A DNA stretch of 64,000 bases from Takakia lepidozioides (taxonomy: Eukaryota > Plantae > Bryophyta), in NCBI GenBank assembly GCA_030704615.1, contig CM060731.1, forward strand, positions 40,982,001 through 41,046,000, in the 5' to 3' direction. Of this stretch, positions 23,271-36,471 are shown one piece after another; position 1 is the stretch's first letter; every line of letters starts with the position of its first letter. The notes beneath the pieces were generated by a model that searched no databases, had not been told where the DNA came from, and saw nothing but the letters and a program-made list of their open reading frames with translations. Position numbers and translations under genes: made by a program.

Positions 23271-26200
23271 CAGCTGCTAGCAGCAAGGCAAGGATGTATG
23301 CATGATTTGTGTAGAGTCATGGACAGCTGAAGAGCAGGGATAGAGTGGGGGTCCAGATTCACCTAAGAAGGTCAGGTTTCAAGCTCCAAATTATCTATCA
23401 TTCCCTGTGGAAGGACAAGTACAAGAAACAGATGGTCAAGTGGAAGCCGCATCAGCAGCGGCGCAATTGATAAAATCAGGCATTGTTAATGAAGGCACCT
23501 TCTTCAACACATTTCACCTGTTTTTCCCTCTTATCAGAATTGGCACTCTATTTTCATGTTCAATAGCTACAATCAACTGGAAGCTGCAGCAGCGGCGGCG
23601 GAATTGATAAAATCAGGCACTACTAATGAAGGCACCTTCTTCAACACATTTCACCCTGTTTTCCCCTCTTATCAATAACGGCTCTAAATTTTCATGTTGA
23701 ATTCTGCAAGTTAGCTGGTTGAGATAACCTTTGTAGTTTGGAGTGACTTTTGACATGATACTGCCAATGTGACAACATGAAAGAATCCAGAAACATGTAA
23801 CGAAGACCACAAGAAGCTGTGGAGTGAATACTTTTCTGACCCCAGTCAACGGTGGGACAATCAAGGCAAAAAGGTGAATGCCTATTGGATTACAGAGAGT
23901 AGAAGATACAATTGAGCATAGGAACTGGTGTGATAAGTTGAGTTGGGTGTTTCCCAGAACAATTCAAGGCTTTCATTGTCATCTGCTAGCAGCAAGGCAA
24001 GGATGAATGCATGATTTGTGCAGATCAGGCATGGATAGATGAAGGAGCAGAGATAGAGTGTGGGTCCAGAATCATCCAAGAGGGCCAGCAAGAGGGCAGC
24101 TCTTTGTGTGCTTGATTCTCACTCCCATTTGGTGTTTGTCGTGGTCTCCTTGGCAGGATTTCCCACCACATCCCCTTTCTTCCAAGCAGCCAGTTGTCAA
24201 CCTTGCTCTCCCATTCTTCACCCTCTTCGTCAGTGAAGTACTCCCTTTCTCCTTTTTCATGTTCCAGCCATTTAGGTGGGATCTCCCTTAATACTGCCTT
24301 CATTTGTTGCATTGCCATGCATTTACTCTCTGTGGTTTTAATTTGCTCATACCCAACAGTTGGAAGAATTCCATGTGTTGGACTGATTCCACTCTAAGTT
24401 GCAATTTCCATTCTTTTCAATGCTTCTCACAGGCTGGCTTTTGCCGGAACAGGTTTGTCCTCTTCACTTAAGTTTTCCTCTCTTCATCATATCTTCTCCA
24501 AATCTGGTCACAGGCGTCCTCATTTCCTTCTGTCTTTGGCGCATCATGCTCATCCTCCTTGACTGTCCCTTGTGGTTCAGCTCTTGTTTGTGTGTCTCCA
24601 TCAAAGGGACATCCTTCGTGTGGTGGAATGCTGCTCACAAGAAGTGCTTGTTGTGGGCTTCTTTGCAGGATTTTTCAGCTCTGTTCTTCCCTCTTCACCT
24701 TTCCTCCTTTCAGGTGCTCCTCCTCTCAATTCTAGTGCCTTTGTTTGCTGCATTGCAGTGTGAAGTGTGGCTCAAGGATGTACCCCCTCCCACTTTCATG
24801 TTGAATTATTCAAGTAAGCTAATTGGGTGGATGCAACTCATATATATGTTGAGTGCAGGAACCTCGTGGATGTAGTAGGAAGCAACAGCAACAATTGCAC
24901 ACTTGATAAAATCGGGTACCCTCATCTTCAATACATTTCAGCCTATTCTGTCATCTTTTCAGAGTAGTCCCTAGTTGTCCAGCGAAGGGGAGGATGTATA
25001 TGGATTATGGGTGTTGTGGTAGGGATAGCTAAAGGGGCACACAAAGTAGGGCTGGTTCTGTTTTCAGTGCACATGGTGCTACTTACAAAATTATTCAATC
25101 AGAAATACAGGGTGATGAACTTGTGCCCTTAGACTGTATTTTGAGGAGCTAGATTCTGGGACAGTAGAGCTATTTTGTAAATCTGACTGGCAGTTGTTTA
25201 AGAGAATCTCTTTTTACATCTGTTGTTGGCTTCAGTGTCTCTGTTTTGCACTTTGTCACTTTGTTCTTTCTTGTGAATGATGGTGTGTTATGATTTTCCA
25301 AATAATATTAAAAACCAAATTCTCAAACAACTAATTTGATGTCACGCGTCCAACCCAACAAACCACTTTACAGTAGGCACCATGACTACACAACATCGCA
25401 TCATACATTGACATGTGTCATATCCTTGGAAAAACACATGGCAACGAGCTCCTACAGACATAGTCATGGGAATGACTTTAAATACATTTAAAATTTAAAA
25501 TAAACTAATCATATAATGCCACGGGTCCAGATATCAACATGTTGGTAGTCAAGATAATGACTGCAAGGCTTCCTCATAATATGTCACGTGTCAATTTTTG
25601 GAGATGCAATATGCGTACATCCACGAAAAACCTCCTGGACTTATTAAAAAGAGACATGTGTACAGTTTGCAGCAGCATACTAAGTCATGTATGGTAGAAG
25701 TACACATGACTGCCAAATGACAGTGAGATGTATTACTTGGTTCATCTTACTACAGTCATACGTGACCGACCATCATGTACTTATTATATTCACTTGGTTT
25801 GCACGACTTAAAGTCATTGCAGTCATATGTACCGTTTATGACTACGGGATAGTCATATATACAGTCATATATACCGCGATCTGTTGTAGTGGTCGTAGCA
25901 AATTGGTCGCTCTTCAGTGCTTCCTGAATATCTTTTATGATCTCTGCATCATCATAGGTGGACATGGATAGCATATTCAATTGGAGATTTGATGGTTTTA
26001 AGATGATGGATTTCTGTAGGTCGAAAGTTGTCTCCCGTTTTTTCGGCGCAAGATACGATCGTTGAGAAAGAGCATCGGGTTTCCATTGAAGATGTCCGGG
26101 GCAATATGTAATAACAAATCAAACCTTGCTTGTGACATACCTCATATTGCTTGACGTCGATTCAAAACACGAGCACTCATAAAATATTCGAGGTTTTTGT

Positions 26201-26904
26201 GATCGGTGGAGATAGTGACCTGATGTTTAGCTCCCTCCAATTAATGACGCCACTCCTCAAAAGCATCGATGATCGCTAGAAGTTCTTTGTCAAGGATTTC
26301 ATAATTGATCTCTACAGCGGAAAATTTACGAGAACGAAAACCAACAGGGTGAAGTCGACCATCCGTACCGTATTGAGAGAGTATAGCGCCAAGTGCAAAG
26401 TCCGATGCATCTGCTTTAAAAAAAAATGGTTTAGATGGGTCTGCGGAGGGGGGAGTGAGCAGTGCGCGCGAGGGTGTCAGTTCTCCTCAATCAAAGGTGG
26501 TCGTCTTGGAGGGCTCCCCTGCTGCTAGCCCTAGTAAGAAACAGAAAGCCCGTGAGAGGGCAAAAGAGAGGGCAAAAGAACAGGCGAGACAGAAGGCTAG
26601 CCAGGAGGAAAGAGAAAAGGCCACTGAAGAGGCCAGGGGTGCCGAAATGACAGATGCCCATGTAAGCGAGGGACGCACAGAGACGGTGGATCCCTCCAAG
26701 ACACCATAAAGAGGTAGTAACACACCGGTTACACCATCGCGGACAAGAGCAGCCCCCGCAATTACCCATACGGTGGAGAGTGGATGAGAGGAAAGAACAC
26801 CACAAAGAGCACGGATTGTGCAAGTTCGAGGTGAAGCCGGGGAGAGGGCAGTAGAGACGGGGAGAGTGCTCGAGGTGGTTTTGCCGGTGGTTGACCAGCC
26901 AAAT

Positions 26905-29900
26905 TGTCGCGCACCTCACTTCGATAAGCTCCCCTTCAAGTCATAGTTACTCGCTTTGATGCGCGCGCCTGACTCCCAACCTGGCCGCCCGGGCCAACTT
27001 GGAGCTTTGGCTGCTCACCGGGACATAACGGTCCCCCTTCGCTTCCCACTCAACCCTCCACCTATTTGGGACTAGGAGAATTCCCTTTGGTAGATGGCAG
27101 TCCGGAACAGCTCCCCACTCTTTGGTCGCTTTCCAGCTCGCTCGCTTACTCACTAGTTTTTGGTCACCAACGGGCTTGCACCGTTCTCGAGGTCACTACT
27201 CCCCTTATATATACTTCTGTAGCTGTCCGCGGGGGTTTCACAACCAGCCATGCCATTTTATGGCGAACCACCACGAAAACCCTCGACTCCCGGTGATGAG
27301 TCGCGGTGAGTCTTGGCCCACTCACTACGGCCCCTATGGACCGTGATGAGTCCCAAGACTCCCCACGACTCCCACCACGAGGTCTCCGCCCCCATGGTGA
27401 GTCCTATGCCACCCCCACTAAGTCCCGCTAAGCTACCACCACCCCTTGTGGAGCCACCCCCACCGCAACCCGGTGTGCGGGGCTCCACCTAGTGAGCGCC
27501 TCCGCCTCCTTGGGTGCCTTGGGCACTCAAGGGTGCTTCAGCCCCCCATACCTATCGCTGCCGCTGCCTCCACCACAGGGGCAACCCCTCATGTGTCCCG
27601 ACCCCCTTGCCCTCAAGGCAAAGGGCCGTGACACACACCCCTACCAACAGGGAGTCGATGTCCTCATCGACTTGTTCATTTTGTAGAAACGAACATCCAA
27701 GTTGTGGCGTCCCACATCAAGGAGTTTGTTTCCGTACCATGGCGTCCCATGGCAAAGAACCAAACCCCACACTTGACTCTACTCTCCACTAGCTAGTTCG
27801 GCCGACTTCCTCCAAGTCCCGGCCAAGGGTGGAGCCTCTCCAGCTCCTCCCAGTGCACTCTTCTTGGCGTACTTCAAGGCCAAGGAACGATCCTCCCGAG
27901 GATCGAATCGCCTTACTGCAACAACATTGCTTGCGATCGCTCATGATGCCGCTTTTGGCATCACCTTGAGCAAGGGTTCACCTGGAAACCCTCTTTGACT
28001 AGGAAGATAACCTTGAACCAACCGTGCGCCCCAATCACTACAATTGGGTCCGCCTTGGAATGCTGGCCTGAGGTACGGGAACACGCCGAAGCCGTACTAC
28101 GACTTCGTCCCGAGGCTACACGATTATAGTACGTGAACGGAAGCACGTAGCTTCCGCGTTAGCCCGCACTACAAGGCAACCTCGGTAGCGCAGTTATAGT
28201 ACGCGCACGCGCCAGGTGCGCACTAGCACGTGAACTCCCAAAGAAAAGCGCAAGTTTCCTTGCCCTTGGATGGGAGTCACCCGATTTCGGCACTGCGCAA
28301 ACACACGATTAACCCAATTTACCTCTCTCCCGCTTTTGTAAGCTAGCATGCCTTCTACACACTAGCCAACCATACCATGCATCGCCATTCCAAACCAAAA
28401 TAGAAGCACAACATTTTGAAACATTTCATTTAAAGCAAATTTGTACAATACAAGTTTTGCAATGGATTCCTGAGCTAGCTAAGCCGGGCTAAGCATGCAT
28501 TTCCTCCCCCACGCTCCAAGCTTGATTCCCCATCAACGCTTCTTCCGCTTTTGAGGTCGCCCTTCGAAAGCTGCAACCGCCTCGGATGCGTTTCCCATTT
28601 CTAAGGCACGCACCCAAGATGCCTCCACATGATGATAGCCCTTCCATTTGACGAGATACTCCGTTTCTCGGTTCCTGAACCTCCTCGACTTAAGTATTGC
28701 CTCCACCTCGTACTCAGGTTCATTTTCATGATCCAACAGCATAGGTGGTGGACGCAACACTTGATGCCGATTCGGACGCGCTTCATCTTTGAAGTAAGGC
28801 TTCAAAAGGGATACATGGAATACTGGGTGCACCTTACTATTTGCCGGCAGCTCCAATTCATACACATCCTCATCATTAACCTTCCGAATGTGAAGGGTCC
28901 CGCATACGGAGGTACGAACTTCGGACTCACTTCCGGAGGTAGTCGGAAATTCTTGATGTTCAACCAGACCTCTGTGCCTGCCTCAAACTTCACTTCCCTC
29001 CGCTTCCGATTCGCCTGCCTTTCATACCGTTTCCTAGCTTTGGCAATATTGTACTTTGCGAGCTTCAACAAACGCTCGCGTTCTTCCAGTACCGCCGCTA
29101 CTGCCGGTTCCTCAACGTCCTGGGCGGCCCAACTTGTCGGCACCAGAGGTGTTTTCCATAGACCAATACGAAAGGGAAAACTCCCGTGTGGAGTGTTCTG
29201 TGTTATTATAACAGAACTCTTGCCGCGTCTAAGTGTTCTACCCAGTCTGTTTTGGTCTGCCGACACGTAATTCCGCAAGATCTGCTTCACTACGGAATTC
29301 ACCCTTTCTGTTTGGCCGTCGGTCGTAGGTCGGAAGGCGGTGCTCATCTTCAGCCTCGTCCCCATCTTCTTCCAAAGTGCCTCCAAAATTTACTCGTAAA
29401 CTTTGGATCGCGGTCCGAGACAATATCCTTCGGGACTCCATGATGTTTTAAAACGTGGGCGAAGTAAAGTCGCCCTGTCTCCTGCGCCGTTGCCGTCTCC
29501 TTGGTGGGGATGAAATGGCCCATTTTACTGAACCTATCCACCACCACCATGATTGCATCGAATCCTTTTGACAGCGGCATAGCAGTCATGAAATCCATCG
29601 AGACGCTTTCCCAAGTCCCCTCTGGAATTGGCAAGTGTTGTAACAGCCCCGCTTGCTTTTGTACTCGCTCCGATTTTGTTGGCATGTGGTGCATGTCTTG
29701 ACATACTCCTCTGCCTCCTCCCTCAGTTTGGGCCAGAAATACTCTTTCTTCAAGAGTGACGCAGTGCGCTTGGCTCCGCCGTGGCCCGCAAGCGGGCTAT
29801 CATGGCATTCTCTCAAGAGGCTATCTCTGATCCCTCCCTTCGGCACGTAGAGACGTTTTTTGCTTATACGGAGGAGTCCATTTTGCAAGTGGAACTGCGA

Positions 29901-32900
29901 TTTAACCCCCATCCTCAAGTCCTGCATCGCGGACTTTGCCAGCTCATCCTTCCAGCAAGCCTTCCGGATCTTCCTTTGGAGCGCCGTCTCGCCCTTGTAC
30001 ACCAACAAGAGCTGCTGCTTTCTACTTAAAGCATCGGCCACCACGTTATCTCGTCCCGGTTTGTACTGGATATCCACGTCGAACACCGCCAAAGTATCTT
30101 GCCACCTAAGTTGTTTTGGAGACAACTTGGGCTGCGTGGCAAAATACTTCACCGTGACATTGTCCGTGAACACCTTCACTGGGTTGGAACCAACATAGTG
30201 GCGCCAAAGCTCGAGGCAATGCACCACCGCCTTCATCTCTTTTTCGTGCGTCGGCCACCGTCGCTCCACTTCATTCAGTTTCTTACTTTCGTAAGCCACT
30301 GGACGTCCATCTTGCATAAGTACACCCCCAATCGCGAAGTCCGACGCATCTGTATATGAATCTCAAATGGACGATCGAACTCCGGGATTTTCAAGACTGG
30401 AGCTTCCGCCATCCGCTGCTTCAATTCAGCAAAAGCTTGGCCACAAAATGTATTCCATTCCCAGACTTTGGATTTACACAGAAGGTCCGACAACGGCCCC
30501 ACGATCTTGGCGAAATTTCTCACATACTTCGGTAATAGGAGGCGAGTCATAGGAAGGATCGCAACTCCCAGGACCAAAGTCGGAGGCTCCCAGTCCAAGA
30601 TCGCCCTCACCTTTCGTCATACATTTTGATCCCATCTTGTGTAATCACATGCCCCAGGAACTCCACTTTTGTGACCCGAATTCGCACTTTGAAGCTTTGG
30701 CATACAACTTCCCTTCTCGCAATTTTTGGAACACCCTTTTTAGGTGCTCCAGGTGTTCTCCTTTGTTCGAGTACACCAGAGATGTCGTCGATGTACACGA
30801 TCACAAAATCATCCAACCACTCCAGGAAAAGGTGTTTCATCAGCGTGCTAAATGTTGCTGGTGCATTGGTGAGCCCAAAAGGCATCACCAAGAACTCATA
30901 TGAACCATACCTGTCGTGCACGCGGTCTTTCCTCATCTCCTTCCGCCACCCGAATTTGATGATAGCCGGAGCGCAAGTCGATCCGGCTGAAATACTTCGC
31001 TCCTGCCAAACGATCGAAGAAGAGGTCGTCGATCCTTGGCAAAGGGTACCGGTTTTTGATAGTCACCTTATTCAGAGCCCTGTAATCGACACACATCCGC
31101 AGCAGCGTCCCATCCTTCTTGTCTACAAATAGCACCGGGGCTCCGTAAGGTGACTTACTCGGCCGGATATACCCTTTGACATTAGATCCTTGAGCTGAGT
31201 CTTCAGCTCGACCAACTCTCTGTGGCTCAACGGTAGTAGGGCGCCTTGGCAGGCGGTTCCGATCCCGGTATCACCTCAATCTTGTGGTCAACTCCCTTCG
31301 TGGGGCAAGCCGCTTGGTAAATCCTCCGGCATCACATCCTGGTATTTCTCCAAAATCCCCTTGATCCAATCTGGGCTCGGCTCCCCATCGCCTTCTCCTT
31401 TCACTTCTCTAATGTAAAGCAAAAATCGGGGCTCGTGTGCCTCCTCCACGGCCCACTCCTTTGCTGACAGAAGGTTTATTCGCCCTCCCACGGATTTGGG
31501 CGTTTCCGACACTCGTAAAACCTCGCCACCATTACCACATGGCAGCGTGACTACTCTCTTGCGGCCATCTATGACCGCTCCGGATTTGCTCAAAAAGGTC
31601 ATCCCCAAAATGAGATCCACTCCATCGATCTCGTAGATGGTGAAGTTCTCACGTCCCTCCCAACTCCCCAGTTGAAGAGGAACATCAAACGCCAACCTTG
31701 TCGCCAACTGTTGGTTCTCTTTGGCAGAACGCACCTCAATAGAGGCCCCCACGTCACTTGTCGGGAGTCCCAACTTTCGCGCCGCCGCCGGCGTCATGAA
31801 GGAGTGCGACGCTCCTGTGTCCACCAACAACGACACGTTAGTTCCGGATATTATCCCATCCACGAACAATAACTGACTCCCTTACGCAGGGCGCCAGTTT
31901 CCTGATACAACTCACAAGAATAGTTGCCTACCTTGCAAAGTCTTGGCGACCACCGCTTCCACAAGCGACTGATGGTATCTTCCGACAGCTCCGTGGTGCC
32001 CGAGTCATGTTCAATTGTTGAGGTTTTGTGCACTTCTTGGCCATGTGCCCGGGCTCCCCGCAATTGAAACACACTCCATCAAAGGTCGCCTTCTGTTCGC
32101 CATAAGCCGCTCCACCCGCTTTTCCTTTCGAAGCACCGGGTGCCGCCTTGACGTTGTGAAGGCCCTCCCTTCGATTTCCACGTGCCATTGTCGCCGCGTG
32201 GCCTATCCCACTTCTTTTCCGGTCGGGAGGAGTCACCTTCCCGCGGGTCTTCTTGTGGTTCAGCTCCGTACGGCCTTATCTCTCACCCCTAGGGACATCC
32301 GAAAGAAACATTCAGCCCTCTCAATTGCCTCGTTCAACGTCTTGGGTGGCTTCTCCTCCAACATCCGCCTGGCCCATGGGCCAGTCCCGCCACAAAGTTG
32401 AAGACCATTTCTGGTTCTGCCATGTCCGTGACTTCGAGCAACAGCACATTGAAAGCCTGGACATACCCCCGAATGTCATCTGTTTGCTTCAAATTCCTCA
32501 TCTTGTCCCGGACAAGCCAGGACGCGTTGAGGGGCACAAACTGTCTCTCATCAATTCCTTGAACCCACTCCAGTCCAAGGTTTTCGGGCTTGGACCTCGG
32601 TCATGAAGGCGTTTCTGCCACCATTGTTGAGCATAGCCCCTCAAATAGGTGGGAGCCACTTCCACCCGATCCTCGTCACTCAACTTGGCCGCCCGGAAGT
32701 ACTGCTCTAGCTCCAGGAGCCAGGTGTTGAGTGCCTTCCGATTTCGGACGCCCTCGAAGGTGTCGGGTTCCTTAGGCTTCACCTTAAACTTGCCTTAGTG
32801 GAAGTGGCATTAGCCGCCTTCAACACGTCTTTCAACGTCCCGCCAAACTGCGCCAAAACCCTTCCCAAAAGGCTGCCGGCATGGGAGGCATCTGTTGGTC

Positions 32901-33872
32901 GGTCGGAGCTCTCACGGATTCCTCGGGCTCCGACTCCTCAGATTCCTCCCGCTCTTGAGCGGCCTCGCTTTCAGAAACCTGCGTCGCTTCCTCAAACGGC
33001 CGCTTCGGTGATACGTCGCCCCCATCGGGCTCACCAGGATCATCATCTTTTGGGCCGTTCCGCTTTCGTTTTGGCTTGCCCGACCCCATGATGAGGCCAA
33101 TCCCAAGGACGATCGCGTACTAAACTCTAAGCTCTGATACCAAGTGTCGCGCACCTCACTTCGATAAGCTCCCCTTCAAGTCATAGTTACTCGCTTTGAT
33201 GCGCGCGCCTGACTCCCAACCTGGCCGCCCGGGCCAACTTGGAGCTTCGGCTGCTCACCGGGACATAACGGTCCCCTTCGCTTCCCACTAAACCCTCCAC
33301 CTATTTGGGACTAGGAGAATTCCCTTTGGTAGATGGCAGTCCGGAACAGCTCCCCACTCTTTGGTCGCTTTCCGGCTCGCTCGCTTACTCACTAGTTTTT
33401 GGTCACCAACGGGCTTGCACCGTTCTCGGGGTCACTACTCCCCTTATATATACTTCTGTAGCTGTCCGCGGGGGTTTCACAACCAGCCATGACATTTTAT
33501 GGCGAACCACCACGAAAACCCGCGACTCCCGGTGATGAGTCGCGGTGAGTCTTGGCCCACTCACTACGGCCCCTATGGACCGTGATGAGTCCCAAGACTC
33601 CCCACGACTCCCACCACGAGGTCTCCGCCCCCATGGTGAGTCCTATGCCACCCCCACTAAGTCCCGCTAAGCTACCACCACCCCTTGTGGAGCCACCCCC
33701 ACCACAACCCGGTGTGCGGGGCTCCACCTAGTGAGCGCCTCCGCCTCCTTGGGTGCCTTGGGCACTCAAGGGTGCTTCAGCCCCCCATACCTATCGCTGC
33801 CGCTGCCCCCACCACAGGGGCAACCCCTCATGTGTCCCGACCCCCTTGCCCTCAAGGCAAAGGGCCACGACA
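26905..33872 (-). mobile_element. Full-length Ty3/gypsy chromovirus B (Galadriel-like), 6968 bp
   Basis: LTRs 26905-27633 and 33145-33872 (TG..CA, about 10 substitutions plus 1 indel by eye); TSD CAAAT on both sides; PBS TGGTATCAGAGC (tRNA-iMet, 33142-33131); PPT at 27634. Coding motifs: gag CCHC (CFNCGEPGHMAKKC), protease LVDTGAS, RT YIDD, RNase H, integrase, chromodomain EYEVEAILKSR...YLVKWKGY. Confidence 0.97.
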
Positions 33873-33877
33873 CAAAT

Positions 33878-36471
33878 CCAACACAATGGGAATTTGGTTG
33901 AAGGGCATAATCATAGCCCGACTGTACTTTCGTGCAGCAGGAGGTTTAGGTGGGTTAAAAGCAGCATCCCCCCATACTTTAGGCTGTGGTGGCTGTGGTG
34001 TGGCTGTAGTAACAACAGGGTCAGCTACTGTCACAGTGACTTATTGTGGTCTTGGTGGCACTGGCTCTTGTACCACTGGCATCTCCTGCACCCCCTGCGA
34101 AGAAGACTGAAAAGCCAAAGTTCTGGCTTATAAATAAGAAGCCATCAGCTGCTCCTCAGGTACAAAGACTCTCTTGTCAATATTTGATGTCAGGTCCTCC
34201 ACCTGAGTCTGCAGGCCGTCTACATCCTCTTGTAACTCCGCTATCCTACTATAGACATTGTCTATAGTAATTGTGGCAATATTTTGCACCTGCAGTCTGA
34301 GCTCATTCATCTCGCCTTGGGTGAGCTTCCGTGGTGCTTTGCCTTCCACCGGTCCTTGTGCTAACCAGACCTGCAGAAGTTGGTTATCCACCAAGTTGGT
34401 TGTGGTACCTCTGAGAGTCTGCTCTTCTCTGAGTTTGTACATATCTAACTACTGCTGTAAAGCCTCCATGCGCTTTGCATGAGGTTCAACCAAACTCGCA
34501 TAGGCAGCAGCCAGATTATTGGCCTCCTTCCAAGCTTTGTTAGCCACAGAGAGTTCATTTCTATTGGACATGAGCGTTTGTTGCAATTCCAGGATGTACC
34601 TCTCTTGGGTAGCTTCAACCTGCCTGTATTGCTTGAAAGTATTCTCATTGCGACCGATTGTATTCTTCATATCAATAATGAGTTTTGTCTGCTCGACATT
34701 ATCTGCCTGTGCCTTTATACATCTTTCCGCTTGGCTGTTAACTTCTAATGTAGTTTGCTCAAGCGTAGTTGTGAGTGTAGCACATTGTATGGCCATCCTG
34801 TCATGCACTGTCTGCAACTCCGTATGTAGTGCATTCACTTCTTGCAACTTGCTTTCATGCTTCACCTGCATTTGGTATAGCTGTTGCTTATGTGCTTCGT
34901 GCAACTGGTCTTGCGCGAGGCCTGCCTCAATCAATTGTTCCTTGGCCAATTGCAAAGCAGCTTTTGTACTCTCTAAGTCTTGCTGTATCTTGAGAGTGAC
35001 CTCCTCATCGACCTTGTTTGCACACTCAGTGGCAAGTCGAGCCTCAAACTCCTTCCTGAGTTCCTCCCTCAAAGCTGCCAATTAGGTAGTTGGAACATGG
35101 GATTTGACATATGTGCCCAACAAATTAAGTGTCCTGCTTATGAAACTCATAAGCATGGCCTGTTGAGGGTCATCATGGTGAGCTTGCTGCTGTTCTCCTT
35201 GATCCTCAACAGTGTGATGCCTCACGAACCATTCAGGCCATTGCCCCACCAGATTTTCTTCCTGAATCACCTCATCCTCTACAGGTGCTGCAGTGTCTTG
35301 ATATTCTACCTGTGGTACCTCCGTCAGAGGTGTGGGTATTACAACAACAGCAGGGTTTCCCCTGGACAACCGTTGTACCTCCGGAATCACTCTTTCCCTG
35401 ACCAAACCAGAATTTTCATAGAGAAGGTCCCTCTTCTCAATTTCTGCCACCACCTGTTCTGTAGTGGGGATATCTAACCCTTCTTTCTTCAAATCAATTA
35501 TTTGTGGTGGAACTGCATGGACAACTTGTGGTAACTCTGTGACAAGCCGATCATCTGGCTGTGATGGCTGTGATACTGAAGTAACTTCCTCTTTCCTCTC
35601 TGAAGGCCCTGCTTCCAATAATAGCAGCTCTCTGTGCTGCTGTGCCCCTTCCTGCACAAGAGCTTGGGAAACATTATCATGCGGTTTTCGTGAAGCCAGT
35701 GGATCCGCCACTACAGTCTTTCCCCGCCTCTGTCTCTTAGACTGGGGTTGCCCTGCCAGTCCACCCTCACTGTGCGAAGAGCCTTGCTCTTCCATTGTAG
35801 TGGTTTCGGCCTCAAACACTCCCATCTCCTTTCTTTCCCGAGCATCAAGTATGCAAGAATCAAGAATTATTTGAGCAATGATTGGGCCAGACACTATGAT
35901 AGGAGACTTTGCGGCAGTGCCTTGTAATCTCTTCATCTCCTCTACCAGTCCCGTTGTACATTATGTCCGCCCATGCTACCTCTTCTCCTCTCAGGGCTTT
36001 GAGTATTTCATCTGTGAAGGATCTGCTCAAATACTGTTGGTTCTGTTTCATGGCAAATAGAATGTTCAATACCTGGCCTACCTCCCTTAGCCCTGGGTAC
36101 ACGGCCTTGGTACAAGCATAACCCTGAGTTTTAAAGAAACTCCATTCTTGGAATAAGTCCCATATTTGCAGTCTTGCCCTGTGCTCCTCCACATGCACCT
36201 GATCTGATGGCAATTCAAACAATTGCTGTAGGTATAGGGGAGTAACTTCTAATTCAACTCCCTTCACCGTTGTTGCTCCTGTCCTAGGCTCAAAGTTCTG
36301 CAAGAATTGTAACATGTATTGCCTATGGTGCAATGTCCAATCTTTGTTTTGCAATTCTTCTAATCGTAGCTCCCTCAGTAACTGTACCGCCCGTGGAGTA
36401 GCAATCGTTTGTTTCTGTAGGATTGTGGTGCTCTTCACCCTGATTTCTTCCATTCCTCTCACTCTCTTCAT
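33878..36471 (-). pseudogene. Additional (env-like position) ORF of element C, more than 800 codons, with one frameshift and a few stops
   Basis: MKRVRGMEEI... globular N-domain (QFLQNF...VKGVELEVTP..LQQLFELP...GEEVAWADIMY), an acidic linker, a long coiled coil (34449-35081) and a Pro-rich tail. The consecutive ORFs 35082-35936, 34449-35081 and 34128-34442 share one frame. Confidence 0.75.

Larger units (their letters stand above)
21354..25891. mobile_element. Non-autonomous Pack-CACTA (En/Spm superfamily) element carrying host gene fragments, 4538 bp
   Basis: Left TIR CACTACAACAGAACCCGGTATATCTGACTG vs right TIR (rc) CACTACAACAGATCGCGGTATATATGACTG (27/30); 3-bp TSD GTC (21351-53 and 25892-94); ATGAC/GTCAT subterminal repeats. 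Removing the element restores the gypsy pol frame (QFATTLRSQLNRP...). No transposase inside. Confidence 0.96.
18215..26443 (-). mobile_element. Ty3/gypsy chromovirus copy A2 (Tcn1-like), 5'-truncated: RNase H, integrase, chromodomain, 3' LTR 18215-18792; interrupted by a CACTA element
   Basis: [13 protein letters not shown] and [13 protein letters not shown] (RNase H, 25.9-26.4 kb); W..VSMDFITDLP, SDRGPQF, HPQTDGQTE (integrase); IHPVFHVSLL and EYEVDEVLDSR...YFVHWKGY (chromodomain, stop at 19387); PPT at 18793. The clade name is from memory. Confidence 0.92.
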
